Sequence record: NC_025447.1
DNA: 64,000 bases
Reading direction: 5' to 3' (one strand)
The position numbers were made by a program, and so were the translations under genes. Below the pieces are notes generated by a model that worked only from the letters and a program-made list of their open reading frames with translations, did not search any database and was not told the DNA's origin. Below are positions 10,303 through 22,000 of the stretch, one piece after another. Position 1 is the first letter of the stretch. Every line of letters starts with the position of its first letter.

Positions 10303-10767
10303 TTAATATCTATATGGTAAACTGTTGACAAACTGTGTACCTTCACGTATACTTTCCCATAGTGAGTAAAAATCTTTCATTAAGTTTGTGTTAAGTAAAG
10401 TATTTTTAGCACCAGGGTGTAATGGTTTAGGCCAAGAACCAATTCTAACCCAAGCATAACCAGAGCTTTCATGATTTAAAGTTGGTACAAATTCATTCTC
10501 AACTACAATAACAAATGAATAATATTTAAATTTACCATTTTTTGTACAAAATACATCAAACGGTATAATATCAATAATGTTAGGTATTGAGTTGCCCAAC
10601 TCTTCTTTAATTTCTCGCATCAGACCTTGTAGTGGTGTTTCGTTATGTTCAAGCTTTCCACCAACAAATGCCCAGTTGTTAGAATAGGTACTTCTTTCAG
10701 AACGCAAGTTTAACATCATATGTCCAGTACTTTTTGATAAAAATATAGCACCAACCGCTTCATTCAT
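10303..10767 (-). CDS. NUDIX hydrolase
   Basis: Nudix box GGKLEHNETPLQGLMREIKEELG. Confidence 0.9.
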   Translation of the reverse strand: MNEAVGAIFLSKSTGHMMLNLRSERSTYSNNWAFVGGKLEHNETPLQGLMREIKEELGNSIPNIIDIIPFDVFCTKNGKFKYYSFVIVVENEFVPTLNHESSGYAWVRIGSWPKPLHPGAKNTLLNTNLMKDFYSLWESIREGTQFVNSLPYRY

Positions 10768-10780
10768 AACAACACCTCCT

Positions 10781-12124
10781 TTATTTGTCAGTGAAAGTTA
10801 TTTTCCAATATCCCTGACGATACACAGGCATGATACTTTTATGCCATTTAAATTTGTCATTATATCTATAATAACCATTGTCTTCTTTATTATAAATGTA
10901 ATTTCGTACAGTAGATGGATCAATTAATTGTGCACCATCATTTGTAATTTTAAACAAATAATTTGATGGGATTTCGGTTTCTTTATAAATGATGTTATGT
11001 ATACTGTTATTTACATAATATTGTTCAGGTAATGCACTTGAAAGTACTGAATCTTTCTGCACAAACCCATGTATAGTGTAATCAACAGTATAATTGGTAT
11101 TATCAAGCTGTACTATAATTTTGTTGGCATCTTCATTTTCACCATACGACGCTATATGACCTTTTAGTGGGTTGTCTTCTTCAATAGATTGTTGAAATTT
11201 AATCCCTACTTTTTTGTCATCAAAATTTGGTTCTAGATATTTAAGATATTTTTCCCATGAATATATTCCACCGTTGGGAGAAACCGCAGATAGCGATTGG
11301 CTAACCAAGGTAAGTTGGTATGTATCAGGTAAATTATACTTGGAATTAGTAATTTCTTCAACTTTAATGCATAAATTCTTGGGTGTAAAAACATCTGTTA
11401 TTATATCTGAATAATTTCCCATTTCAAAATCAAATTCGTCACGAGCACCTTTAATATTTGTAGTAATCTGTTGGATTAATTTTGGTTTTTCAACAATAGC
11501 TGGTAAAGAAAACCATATTGTCGTTTCAAATGTTAAAACCATTATATCCAAATCTGGGTCAGTTCCTTGTGGAAAACCACGAGTAGAAAACTGACAATCT
11601 ATTAGTTCAACATCACTAAGCGATGTCCAATCTAACGGGTTATCAGATAATTGAAGTTGTATACTAGGTGCAAACAAAGTTGAGATTTGTTCGAATAATT
11701 CCATTTTAGTTTGAGTTTGAGTTACCCAAATATTCAAATCAAACGTAAAAGTCCAAGGTACTGGGTTATGTCTTACAATTTTGTATTGTGTGTCAAGATC
11801 TTTTGTGTACTCATTAATAGCAGGGGACTTGTTAGACCCCATTACTATAGTTTCGTTGGCATTAGAACGAATATTTTTACGATCCAACTTTAGTTGATTA
11901 ACACTTATGGTCATTATAGGTGCTGATGGGAGAACATTTTCACTATTCCCATTTATAATTGCTGCTGCCATTCTTGAAATATCGGCATAGCGACATGGAA
12001 CCTTTTTGTATTTTGGGTTTCCATTAGCATCAATACCATTTTGTACTTGAAATTCACCAAAAACTCTGATAAGATGTTTCAGTACTCTGCGAAATTGACC
12101 GTCATAATAATAATCTATTTTCAT
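10781..12124 (-). CDS. gp15: T4 gp15-like tail sheath stabiliser/terminator, C-terminally extended
   Basis: YYYDGQFRRVLKHL...KVPCRYAD and PVPWTFTFDLNIW motifs; adjacent to gp14-like gene. Confidence 0.7.
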   Translation of the reverse strand: MKIDYYYDGQFRRVLKHLIRVFGEFQVQNGIDANGNPKYKKVPCRYADISRMAAAIINGNSENVLPSAPIMTISVNQLKLDRKNIRSNANETIVMGSNKSPAINEYTKDLDTQYKIVRHNPVPWTFTFDLNIWVTQTQTKMELFEQISTLFAPSIQLQLSDNPLDWTSLSDVELIDCQFSTRGFPQGTDPDLDIMVLTFETTIWFSLPAIVEKPKLIQQITTNIKGARDEFDFEMGNYSDIITDVFTPKNLCIKVEEITNSKYNLPDTYQLTLVSQSLSAVSPNGGIYSWEKYLKYLEPNFDDKKVGIKFQQSIEEDNPLKGHIASYGENEDANKIIVQLDNTNYTVDYTIHGFVQKDSVLSSALPEQYYVNNSIHNIIYKETEIPSNYLFKITNDGAQLIDPSTVRNYIYNKEDNGYYRYNDKFKWHKSIMPVYRQGYWKITFTDK

Positions 12125-13626
12125 TCTGTGTCCTTATGTATGCGATAAACAGTATTAGGTTTAACTGCGTCATGTAATGGAACTTTGTTATCACTATTTA
12201 CAAACTGTGTAAGTGCTAAGTCTGCACCTTCCCACGGTTTTCTTCCACCATAATCAAAAATAACCCATGAATTCTTAGTTGCATTGAATTCCCATAACGT
12301 AACTGGAGTATAATCGGTGCGATAGAAATAGTCACCATCTACTGCATCAGTTGGGAACATATTTCCTTCAGGGACTGTACCTCGTGCTGGTGGAATTTTA
12401 GGACGATAATCTTGTTGCGAATCAATATTACCATATACACAATTGGACGTGAATGGTTCATTGACATAAGTTACCTTTGGTTCCCCCCACTTGTCATCAT
12501 TATACTGATAAATGTGTGGTTCTTTATAAAAAATACAAAAATCTTCCACATCTTCTGGTGGAACATCACTGGTAGTATATTCTACATCACAATTTAACCA
12601 TTTTTTAGCACTTTTATCATATTGATACAACGTATAACCTGTCACATCTGCGTCATTTTCTTTAAAGAAGAAGTCACCATCCATTGGTTTTCTGGGAAAG
12701 ATGGTTCCACGCTTGACTTCCACAGAAATCCATGTATCATTAACAAACTCTTTGAGTACTGGGTATGTTTTTTTCAAAAAATACATTCCATCGGCAGGTT
12801 CTTCTGGAAAATCATAACCGTTAAGCATATATTTTGATAAATCTACTGTATCAGGTCGATCATCATACAAATGTTCATTTGTATAATGAATATAGGGTAC
12901 TTCATCATCAGCTTGCATGATGATACGGTTCATGATATCCATTTCATTGCCATAGTTACTGTTTTCCGACGAACCATCATCGGTATTTCCATTACCATTA
13001 TTAGGGTCATCTGGATTATCAGGATAATTATTGTTACCGAGTAAATCGGAGTACTCAGGTGAGTCGGTTAGCGGTTTAACTCTAAGTTTATAAATGTGAT
13101 GTTGCCACGTAACCGAGTATCCCTCAGATGTACGAAATGCATCTTGGACGACATAGAAGCGGTTTAGACCTGTATCTTTACCCAATACATCAAAATCACG
13201 TAAATTTGGTAGTTCTATCACATCCCCTGGCATGATTTTTCTACCTAAACGCTGCATCATTGTATTATAATGGATTGTGATGTCCATAGTGTTGAAATTA
13301 AAGAACAATCCTGGGATTTTCAAGTCTGGAGTTGCTTCTTGAACTTGATAGACACAACTAAGTGTGATAGCTTCAAGGTTGTAGTTTCTGTTTGGTGTGT
13401 CACCAAAAATTAAATCGCCAATACTTGACACAACTGATCCTGAAGATGTATAATCACCTCCATAGGATAAGTCAGTGTTGTCAGCAACTTGTTTTGGACC
13501 GACATATGCATAAAGCCACATGTCAACTCCACCAATGTTGTATTGTTCAGCAATGGCAGAATCAATGAACTTGTAATCATTGGTTCTACCTTTTTTCCAC
13601 ATTCTATATGTCATGATTGTCTCCAA
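12121..13626 (-). CDS. gp14: T4 gp14-like neck protein with repetitive C-terminal extension
   Basis: ITIHYNTMMQRLGRKIMPGDVIELP motif; overlaps the gp15-like start by 4 bp. Confidence 0.6.
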   Translation of the reverse strand: METIMTYRMWKKGRTNDYKFIDSAIAEQYNIGGVDMWLYAYVGPKQVADNTDLSYGGDYTSSGSVVSSIGDLIFGDTPNRNYNLEAITLSCVYQVQEATPDLKIPGLFFNFNTMDITIHYNTMMQRLGRKIMPGDVIELPNLRDFDVLGKDTGLNRFYVVQDAFRTSEGYSVTWQHHIYKLRVKPLTDSPEYSDLLGNNNYPDNPDDPNNGNGNTDDGSSENSNYGNEMDIMNRIIMQADDEVPYIHYTNEHLYDDRPDTVDLSKYMLNGYDFPEEPADGMYFLKKTYPVLKEFVNDTWISVEVKRGTIFPRKPMDGDFFFKENDADVTGYTLYQYDKSAKKWLNCDVEYTTSDVPPEDVEDFCIFYKEPHIYQYNDDKWGEPKVTYVNEPFTSNCVYGNIDSQQDYRPKIPPARGTVPEGNMFPTDAVDGDYFYRTDYTPVTLWEFNATKNSWVIFDYGGRKPWEGADLALTQFVNSDNKVPLHDAVKPNTVYRIHKDTE

Positions 13627-13657
13627 AATAAATCGGGTATATCTTTATTTACCTTGT

Positions 13658-13684
13658 AGACAAACCGTAAGAATGTGATATAAT
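13658..13684 (+). promoter_or_regulatory. RGACAA-N15-TATAAT promoter (ClpA)
   Basis: AGACAA 13658-63, TG-A-TATAAT with the hexamer at 13679-84. Confidence 0.65.
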
Positions 13685-13724
13685 GTTTATTAATTAGAGT
13701 GACGTGAATCACATAGGAGAATAC

Positions 13725-16013
13725 ATGAATCTTACTCAATTGTTCAAAAAAAGCGACGAACTGGCAACATCTCTAGGTCATACATTCTTGACTATTGACC
13801 ACGTAAGTGCCACAGTACTGACTATTGATAGCATCAAGAACGTATTTGAAGATATGAACATTGATGCAGACAAACTGCACAACCGCCTGATGAACTATCT
13901 TAAAAATACAACAGTTCCACATGCACCAAAAAGTGTTAAAGATGAAGACGCGAATCGAACTTCACTTCTAGTGAATCGCGTTGTACATGAGCTTTCTAAA
14001 AAATCAGTCATTGAACAACTAAAAAGTGATGATTTTTCGATTGATGCATATTTTGTTCTATTCGAATGTCTGTCTTTCCCTAACACAGCACTAGAAGCTG
14101 CGTTAAAAGAAGAAGGTGTTAGCTGTACTGAAGCTGCACGTGCATTACAGAAACACGTTGAGTCACTTGATAAGGGTATCAACTTACAAAGTATTAATGA
14201 CGAACCGATTGGAGATAAAAAAGTGGCCCAACAGCAGCAATCATCTAAACAAAAAGGTTTGGAAGACTATACAACGAATCTAACTGCTCTTGCAAAAGAA
14301 GGCAAACTAGATCCTATGATTGGTCGCCAGAAAGAATTGTCTGCATTGATTGAGACTCTTGCTCGCAAAACCAAAAAGAATGCTATTCTCACTGGTGAAG
14401 CTGGTGTAGGTAAAACACAAATCATCGACGGGCTTGCACAAGCTATTGCTGATGGTAACGTACCTGAACACCTGAAAGACGTTGAAATTCTTTCACTAAA
14501 TGTTGGTGCATTGACTGCTGGTACTAAGTATCGTGGTGAATTTGAAGAACGCATCGACAATTTGCTAAAAGAACTAAAGAAACGTGAAAATACTATTGTT
14601 TTCATTGATGAAATTCATATTATGGTTGGGGCTGGTTCCGCAAGTAATGGTTCTATGGACATGAGCAATATGCTTAAGCCAGCACTTTCACGTGGTGAGA
14701 TTCGTGTAATTGGTGCAACAACATATGATGAATATCGTAAAAATATCGAGAAAGATAGTGCATTAACTCGTCGTTTTATGAAAATTGACGTAGTTGAGCC
14801 GACAATTGATGAAACTCGTGCAATTGTTAATGGTTTGAAACCAACGTATGAAAAATTCCATAATGTTGAGTTCACATCTGATGCAATGGATGCTGTAATT
14901 TCTCTCAGTGATAAATTCCTGAAGAATAAGCACTTCCCAGATAAAGCAATTGATCTAATGGATGCTGCTGCGGCTAAAGTTCGTTCACGTGACAACAATA
15001 GTAAGCTAATTACTGCCAATTTGATTCAAGAAGTTGTTGCTGGTATTGCCAATTTGGATATCAACGTGGTTGCATGTACTGAAAGTGATCGTATGCGTAA
15101 TCTACCAGATGCACTACGCTCACGTGTATACGGTCAAGAGGAAGCTATTCAAAAATTAGTTGATAACGTGATGGTAGCTCGTGCAGGACTGCGTGACAAA
15201 TCTAGTGTTCAGGGTGCATTTATGTTTGTTGGACCATCTGGTACTGGTAAAACAGAAATTACCAAAGCATTAGCAGACGCAACTGGTGCGGAACTCATTC
15301 GCTTTGATATGTCAGAATTTTCTCAAGAACATACTGTTTCTAAACTAATTGGTTCACCTCCAGGTTATGTTGGTCATGATTCTGGTAACGGTTTACTGTT
15401 GGATAAAATTGAGCAGTTCCCTAATGCAGTACTGTTACTTGATGAAATTGAAAAAGCAGATCGTAAAGTACTACTAACCTTCCTACAGGTTTTGGATGAA
15501 GGTCGTCTGACTGGTTCTCAAGGTAAAACTGTATATTTTAATAACGTAACTGTTATTATGACTACAAACCTTGGTGCGGCTGATTCAACAAAGCGTAGCA
15601 TTGGTATGAGCGGTAGTGACACTGCACAGGACAAGGCAATTAAAGCATTCTTGCCACCAGAGTTTATTAACCGTATTGATAGTATCGTTACGTTTAAAGA
15701 CCTAAGCAGTGAAGCTATTGACAGCATCATTGATAAGTTCATGGGTGGTTTGAATGAACAAGTCAAAGACCGTAATGTTAAAGTTACATTAACAAAAGCT
15801 GCACGTGAATGGCTTGCGAAAAATGGGGTAAAAGTTGGTATGGGTGCACGTCCAATGAAACGTACCATTGAACAAAACATTCGTGTGCCACTAGCTAAAG
15901 AAATGTTGTGTGGTTCACTTGTGAATGGTGGTAACATTACATTTGATGTTATTGATGGTAAAATCGGTATTAAGCCGAAACGTACCAAAGCTGTAGATAA
16001 AGCACTAGTATAA
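13725..16013 (+). CDS. clpA: ClpA-like Hsp100 AAA+ ATPase
   Basis: Clp N-domain, two Walker A motifs ([16 protein letters not shown]), FIDEIH and [25 protein letters not shown]. No ClpB middle coiled coil. AGGAG RBS favours ATG 13725. Confidence 0.92.
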   Translation: MNLTQLFKKSDELATSLGHTFLTIDHVSATVLTIDSIKNVFEDMNIDADKLHNRLMNYLKNTTVPHAPKSVKDEDANRTSLLVNRVVHELSKKSVIEQLKSDDFSIDAYFVLFECLSFPNTALEAALKEEGVSCTEAARALQKHVESLDKGINLQSINDEPIGDKKVAQQQQSSKQKGLEDYTTNLTALAKEGKLDPMIGRQKELSALIETLARKTKKNAILTGEAGVGKTQIIDGLAQAIADGNVPEHLKDVEILSLNVGALTAGTKYRGEFEERIDNLLKELKKRENTIVFIDEIHIMVGAGSASNGSMDMSNMLKPALSRGEIRVIGATTYDEYRKNIEKDSALTRRFMKIDVVEPTIDETRAIVNGLKPTYEKFHNVEFTSDAMDAVISLSDKFLKNKHFPDKAIDLMDAAAAKVRSRDNNSKLITANLIQEVVAGIANLDINVVACTESDRMRNLPDALRSRVYGQEEAIQKLVDNVMVARAGLRDKSSVQGAFMFVGPSGTGKTEITKALADATGAELIRFDMSEFSQEHTVSKLIGSPPGYVGHDSGNGLLLDKIEQFPNAVLLLDEIEKADRKVLLTFLQVLDEGRLTGSQGKTVYFNNVTVIMTTNLGAADSTKRSIGMSGSDTAQDKAIKAFLPPEFINRIDSIVTFKDLSSEAIDSIIDKFMGGLNEQVKDRNVKVTLTKAAREWLAKNGVKVGMGARPMKRTIEQNIRVPLAKEMLCGSLVNGGNITFDVIDGKIGIKPKRTKAVDKALV

Positions 16014-16050
16014 AAAAAGAAAAGGAGAGCATAATGCTCTCCTTTTTTTA
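16011..16050. terminator. Bidirectional intrinsic terminator
   Basis: AAAAGGAGAGC-ATAAT-GCTCTCCTTTTTTT. Confidence 0.85.
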
Positions 16051-19000
16051 TTACTTAACTAATAATATATTTTTAATATCATTACCACTAACTTGTAGAC
16101 TATCAGTGTATACTGAAAGATCTATAGTGTAACTATTTTGTGTGTAACGTTTTAACATATCATAATTACCTAAATTAATTCCATTGAAAGAATATGTAGT
16201 ATTAAGTTTAAAATCATGTTCTGCACTATACATTACACCACGGAGTAAATTATTTGCATTTCTAACTTCAACTTTTTCATATCCAATCGATATAATATCA
16301 TTCATGTTTGCGGCTGAACCGGATAAAACATTATTTCTAATACTATAAGGACTTATTGATTTAGGTTGAGAAACATAGGTTGTATTTTCTTCACTAATGG
16401 TTGTGATGTTAGTAACAGTACCACCAACAACACCGATATACATACCGTCAACCATTGGGAATCCATAAACCCATATCCCTTCATTATTTCTAAACGGTTG
16501 AATAACACTTGAATCATATTCGATAACGTTGATTTCTAAACTATCAGTCATTTTAGTTCTTGCCAATTCACTAAGAACTCCCGCACCCGTAATTGGTAAG
16601 TTATAACCGTTATCGATAGTAATTCCATCAACATCAAATATTTCATTAGAGATTATCCAAACGTCAACGTCATCTGGTGTTATTCCGTCATTGTACTTAC
16701 CACCATTTAAAGTAGTATCGTAGAAAACATCATAATTAATTACATCAATGGTGTAATTTCTATTTTGTTCATACAATTTAATACCATTCTTGACAAATTC
16801 AGGGTCAGCAAATGTTCTAACACGAACAATGTTCAATGCTAGAGGCTGTACTGGCTCATTTTGTTGTGCAAGAGTGATGTTATCATAACGGAGAACTGCA
16901 CCAGTACTCTCATCAATCAATTCAATCGTTTCCTTACCTGTATTTCTTACAGTGAATAGGATCGGAGTTGTATTGTTTTTGATGTTAGATACACGCAAGA
17001 TTGTTTCCCATGTGTGATTTTGATATCTCACAAAATCTTCACCATCAGGAGTGAAAATCATCACCTTATCACCATCAGATAGGTCATTGTCAACTATTTC
17101 TGCTTCAGTTAAGCTATTAATAGATCTCACACGATAGAAATATTTTTCATCAAACTTCGATGTTGTTTTATTAATATCATTTTCAATCTTAGCATATGAA
17201 GGAATACTTACAATTGCTTCTGTATGTTTATATGGATTGATAATTGCCATACCTTCAGTTTGATATCTGCTGTTATCACGTAATTGTACAAGAGATACAT
17301 TGTCAAACCCATATCCATCAACTGTAAATCTAATTTGACCTACATCACGCCCAGAAGGGTTTATGTCAGATATATCCACAATATAAGGATCAACTTCATC
17401 ATCTTTAACTTCCCATTTTATTGAAGAAGTTTGAGATTCCAATGCTAGGTTATCAAATGCATTCATATCATTGAAGTACTTAGCTTCAGTAATACTATCA
17501 AGTATATATTGATAATCAGAATACATTGGATTATTTTGATCTAGTGGTAAATCATCAAGATTTATTTCAGCTAGTTCAACCATTTCACCATTTGTGATAA
17601 AATAATCTTCCATGAAATCATCAATACTTTGTTCATCAGGTATACTTTGATATACACCGTTAACATTTAAGTAAACATATTTTCGTGGAATCATTGTAAT
17701 TGCATAGATATCAATTGGGGTCTTACTAAGAATCTCTTCAGCTTTTTCGTACTTATCAGTAGCGTCTTTGTCGAATAACCCTCTCATACCTGCTAATACG
17801 TGAATAGCATCAGTATAGAAACGGGTATCACCACCTACTTCATCATAACGATAAACATATACACCATACTCAACTTCAAGTTTAACTTTTACTTCATAGT
17901 CTGATGCGTCAGGATTTTTATCTTTAATTAATGAAATGTATTTTTGATACAATTCACTGCTTATTTCAAAATATCCATAGTTATAATCATTACTAGAAGA
18001 AAAGCCTAATGGAAGTCTAGTACTAGGATTGTCATTATAAGTAAGTCCACTAAATCCACATCCAACTTCATCGTGAATTTTCTCATCACTTATATCTTTA
18101 TAAAGTTTCAAACGGTTTGCCAATGTGTTATACTGAACATATTGTCTAAGGTCAGTAAACATATCGTTATGCGTTGATTCTTTATAAACACGTTCCAATG
18201 TAGCAGTGAATTCATCAGTTGCTTCTAAATCTTCCGCATGGTCTTTATACCACTGGTTAACGCCATATGCTGTTCCTAGTGTTACATCCAATTCTGGATA
18301 GTAGATTTGCATTTGATAAGCAATAAGAAGATCGAAAGTTTCTTCACTATATTCTGGGAAAGAATATATATAACGTTGTAATTCATAGTTACTAACAGCA
18401 TCCTTTTCATTGGATTGATATTTGTTATTAACACTTACTAATTCATTTATGCTTGCCAAATCTTCATTTGGTTTACACTGAATATTATCATAATGCATAA
18501 TAATATCAATTTCTTGGAATCTTCTATTTGGTGTAACGAAATCACTTGGTAGTGAACCTACCTGTTCCCATTTTTGGGTAATTTCATTAAATTGAGCGTA
18601 CTCATAATCCCAAATATCTTTTTCAGTTTTGATCCAAGAACCGTCAACGAAAATATATCCATTAGGATCTAAATCATTACATAGACCTTTTATTAAATCA
18701 TCATCAGATGTCTTTTGCTCTATTTGTGAACGAATTTTAGTTCTATAAGGTTTAACTTCTTCAAAATATTCAACAATTTGATTAATCAAATTATCGTTTG
18801 AATAGTTTTGAACTAATGATTGTTCCAAACCAACAATATAGATATATGATGTTTTAAATACCCAATCCACAACACTTTGTTCAACATGTACATATTTGAC
18901 CATATCAAAAACAATTTCGCTTTGATGTAAATCGAAAGAATTTTTGAGTAAAGCTAGTGCTTTACGAACGTTGATTTCACGATTGCTTAGTGATCCATTA

Positions 19001-22000
19001 TCATTATGAACACTATAATCTGCGTAAAGCATATCATTGAGTTCAACTGTACTGTTTTCACGACCAATCGCTTTCCAATAAATTGAATCGCGTGATTGTG
19101 ATTTAATATACAATGTCCAAATGTTTTCACTATCGGTAACTCTGATAATATCGCCAACTTGGTAGTTTTTAGTATTAGCATCTTCTAAGCTTGACTCTTG
19201 TGTATAAGTCGTGTTACTATCATACCCAACATCATACCAATCAGCATATGACCAGTACTGAGTCATGTCCAATGAAGTTCCCAGTGATTCAACATAATCA
19301 GATTGTTTAATCATTTTATGTTGACCCTCACCTTTGTTCTCTAACGTTATAGTAACAACACTACCCGCGTTTGCTGGACTATTCATTAACTGAATATATC
19401 CATTTTCGTCGAAGTGAATAAAATAAACAGCACTAGAAGTTAATGGATTTGGTAGATATCCACTAGTACTTAAAATAACAGCGTCATTTTCTTTAAATTT
19501 ATCACTTTCAACTGCAATAACTAATTCATTATTGTAAGACAATACACGGAAAGAAACTTCATTCGGATTAACTTCAGTGGTTTTAACATTAAACACATCT
19601 TCCATAACAACACTATTAGTGGTTATGTTTTGTGACCTATAATAATTATTAGCACTTTCTACAAAGTTTCTACGAGCTTCTATAACATTTTGGAACCAAG
19701 TTTTGTTTGAACCTAAACCGTTATCAACATCTGGATATAATAAATTAATCACAGAACCTGATTCAGTTGTTTCTTGACCAATTAGTGAGTTCCACATTGA
19801 ATCCCAAATTAGTGGGTTAAAGTTATAGCTGTCACCTTCTTTACATAGTTGATACTGGTCATGTTTAACAACTTCAGTACTATCCATGTAATAAGAAACA
19901 GTTAAAATACTGGTATCATCATTCACTTTAAATTGCATATTACTAAGAATAAACGAGTTTTCATTGATTGGAGCGAACCAAGGAATGTTTAGCTGTGTTG
20001 GATCTTTAATAATACGAGCAATGTCAGTACATGATTTTGTTCTGGTATGTAGTGGTGGTACATAAATTGTATCACGTACCCAGAAATAGTATTTTGTCAC
20101 ATAACTATCAGTTGAACTATCATATTCCAAAAATGTACTATAATTATCTTCAAGTGCAGTTCCACTTGGTAGATACATAGTATTATTTTTGTTTTTCTTA
20201 GCAACATCTTTACAGTATTTGTCCCAGTTATATGGCTCAACTGGTGAACAAACCCACTCTAACACATCAATTGTACTATGTGGTAATAAACGACCCCAGT
20301 TGTAACGTTTGTATTCATTGGTTGCATCAATATCAACATTACCGTCTGCGTCATAAATTGCACGAGTATAATCCAAATAAAATGCAGTGCTAGTGTTCCA
20401 CCATACTTGACCAACTTTATCAGCACCCCAAGCCTGGATTAACTCTCCATTACTATTATACTGTGCAGGATCAACTGGTGAAGTATATGTTACGTTTTGC
20501 ATAGCCGCACCTGGAATAACACCATTAATTGGGTCATAAACGTTTAGATATAGCTCAGTAATGTTAGTACGTTCATCATATGTCGTTGGACGATCAAATA
20601 AAGTACTTTGTGGTGCTTTAAAACTATATTTCTTGTCAATGTAAGCTTGACGTTCATCAGTACTGGCAAAACGTGATACATAACGATACAAACGTGGACG
20701 TGTATCTGGATCAGTAAATTCAATATCAATAGAAGTGTCAAATGGAACTACCATAACTTTAGGATCAGAACCAGCAGTATAATATTGACTTTCTACTGTT
20801 AAAGTATCTGGCATAAAGTTAGTTTCATCAACAAAATAATAATAATCACCATCTTCAAGTGGTACATTATCAGTTAAAGTTACTTTACAAAATTGTTCAG
20901 CATACACATCGGTATTTTCAATAGGTGTTATAGAAACCATTTGCACATTAGTATCAACCAATTCAAAAATGTTCCACAAACCATTACCGTCTTTAAACAT
21001 CCACACAGATTCAGGATTTTCACCTTTACCATTAGTATAAGTTATGCGGTCATTATATGCAGTACTGAAATCTTTTGTTGTGTACGATACTTCATCCAAT
21101 GTTACTGGACCAATATCTGGAAGTTGGATGTTTTCACTTCTTCCACTACGCATTGGGAATGAGAACTTACCATTTGGACGTGTAATCCAACGAGGATCTT
21201 TACCCTGCTCACCGAAGTATACAATATGATTACCATTACCATTTGAAGTTGCATTTACATCAAAAGAAACCATTTGAGGTTGTTGTTTAAATTGGTCATT
21301 GATTAGTTTAAATTGAAGGTTTTTCTTACCATCAATATTACCATATGTACCAATTTTAAATGCCCATTCTTGTAATGCTTTATATTCATCAGTGTCATAT
21401 GATTTAGAAACACGAAGTACACGTTCTAAAACTTGGTTAGTACCTTTATCGTGAATGAATCCTTTATAGAAATCAACACGACTAACATCACTGCTAATCA
21501 TACGCTGTAGATAATCACGAGATTGATAACCAATCAAATGGTTTGACAACTCTTGTAATTGTACATCACTTACTGGAGTTTCACTATCATAATAATGTTG
21601 GAAATCCGACACTAATTTTTCAAATGATGGTAGTGTTCCAGCTTCCAAGATAATAAATCCAGGAGCTTGTAGGCGACCAGTCCATGAACCAGTAATATAT
21701 CCATACATTTTAATTAGTTCTTGAATAGAACCATATGTTGGCTGATAAATGTAATCACCAAAAATAGTTTTATCATCAAAAATAACAGCATGTTCATATG
21801 AACACAAACTTAAACGAATCAATGCAATGCGTTTATTAGATTCTAAAGTTCTAACAGTGAAGATATTTCCAATACGAGAAGTTTCAATTTCATATTGGCG
21901 AATACCTTGGTTATTATCATCAAGTAATGACCATACACCACCATTATTTTGCGTAATAGATTGTACTGAACCAAAGTCTGCCCCAAATTTAGCGTTTGCA

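Noticed and set aside
10303-10767. NUDIX gene embedded in the neck operon as a novel system
   Set aside because: NUDIX hydrolases are common in large phages, and nothing in the sequence links it functionally to the neck genes.
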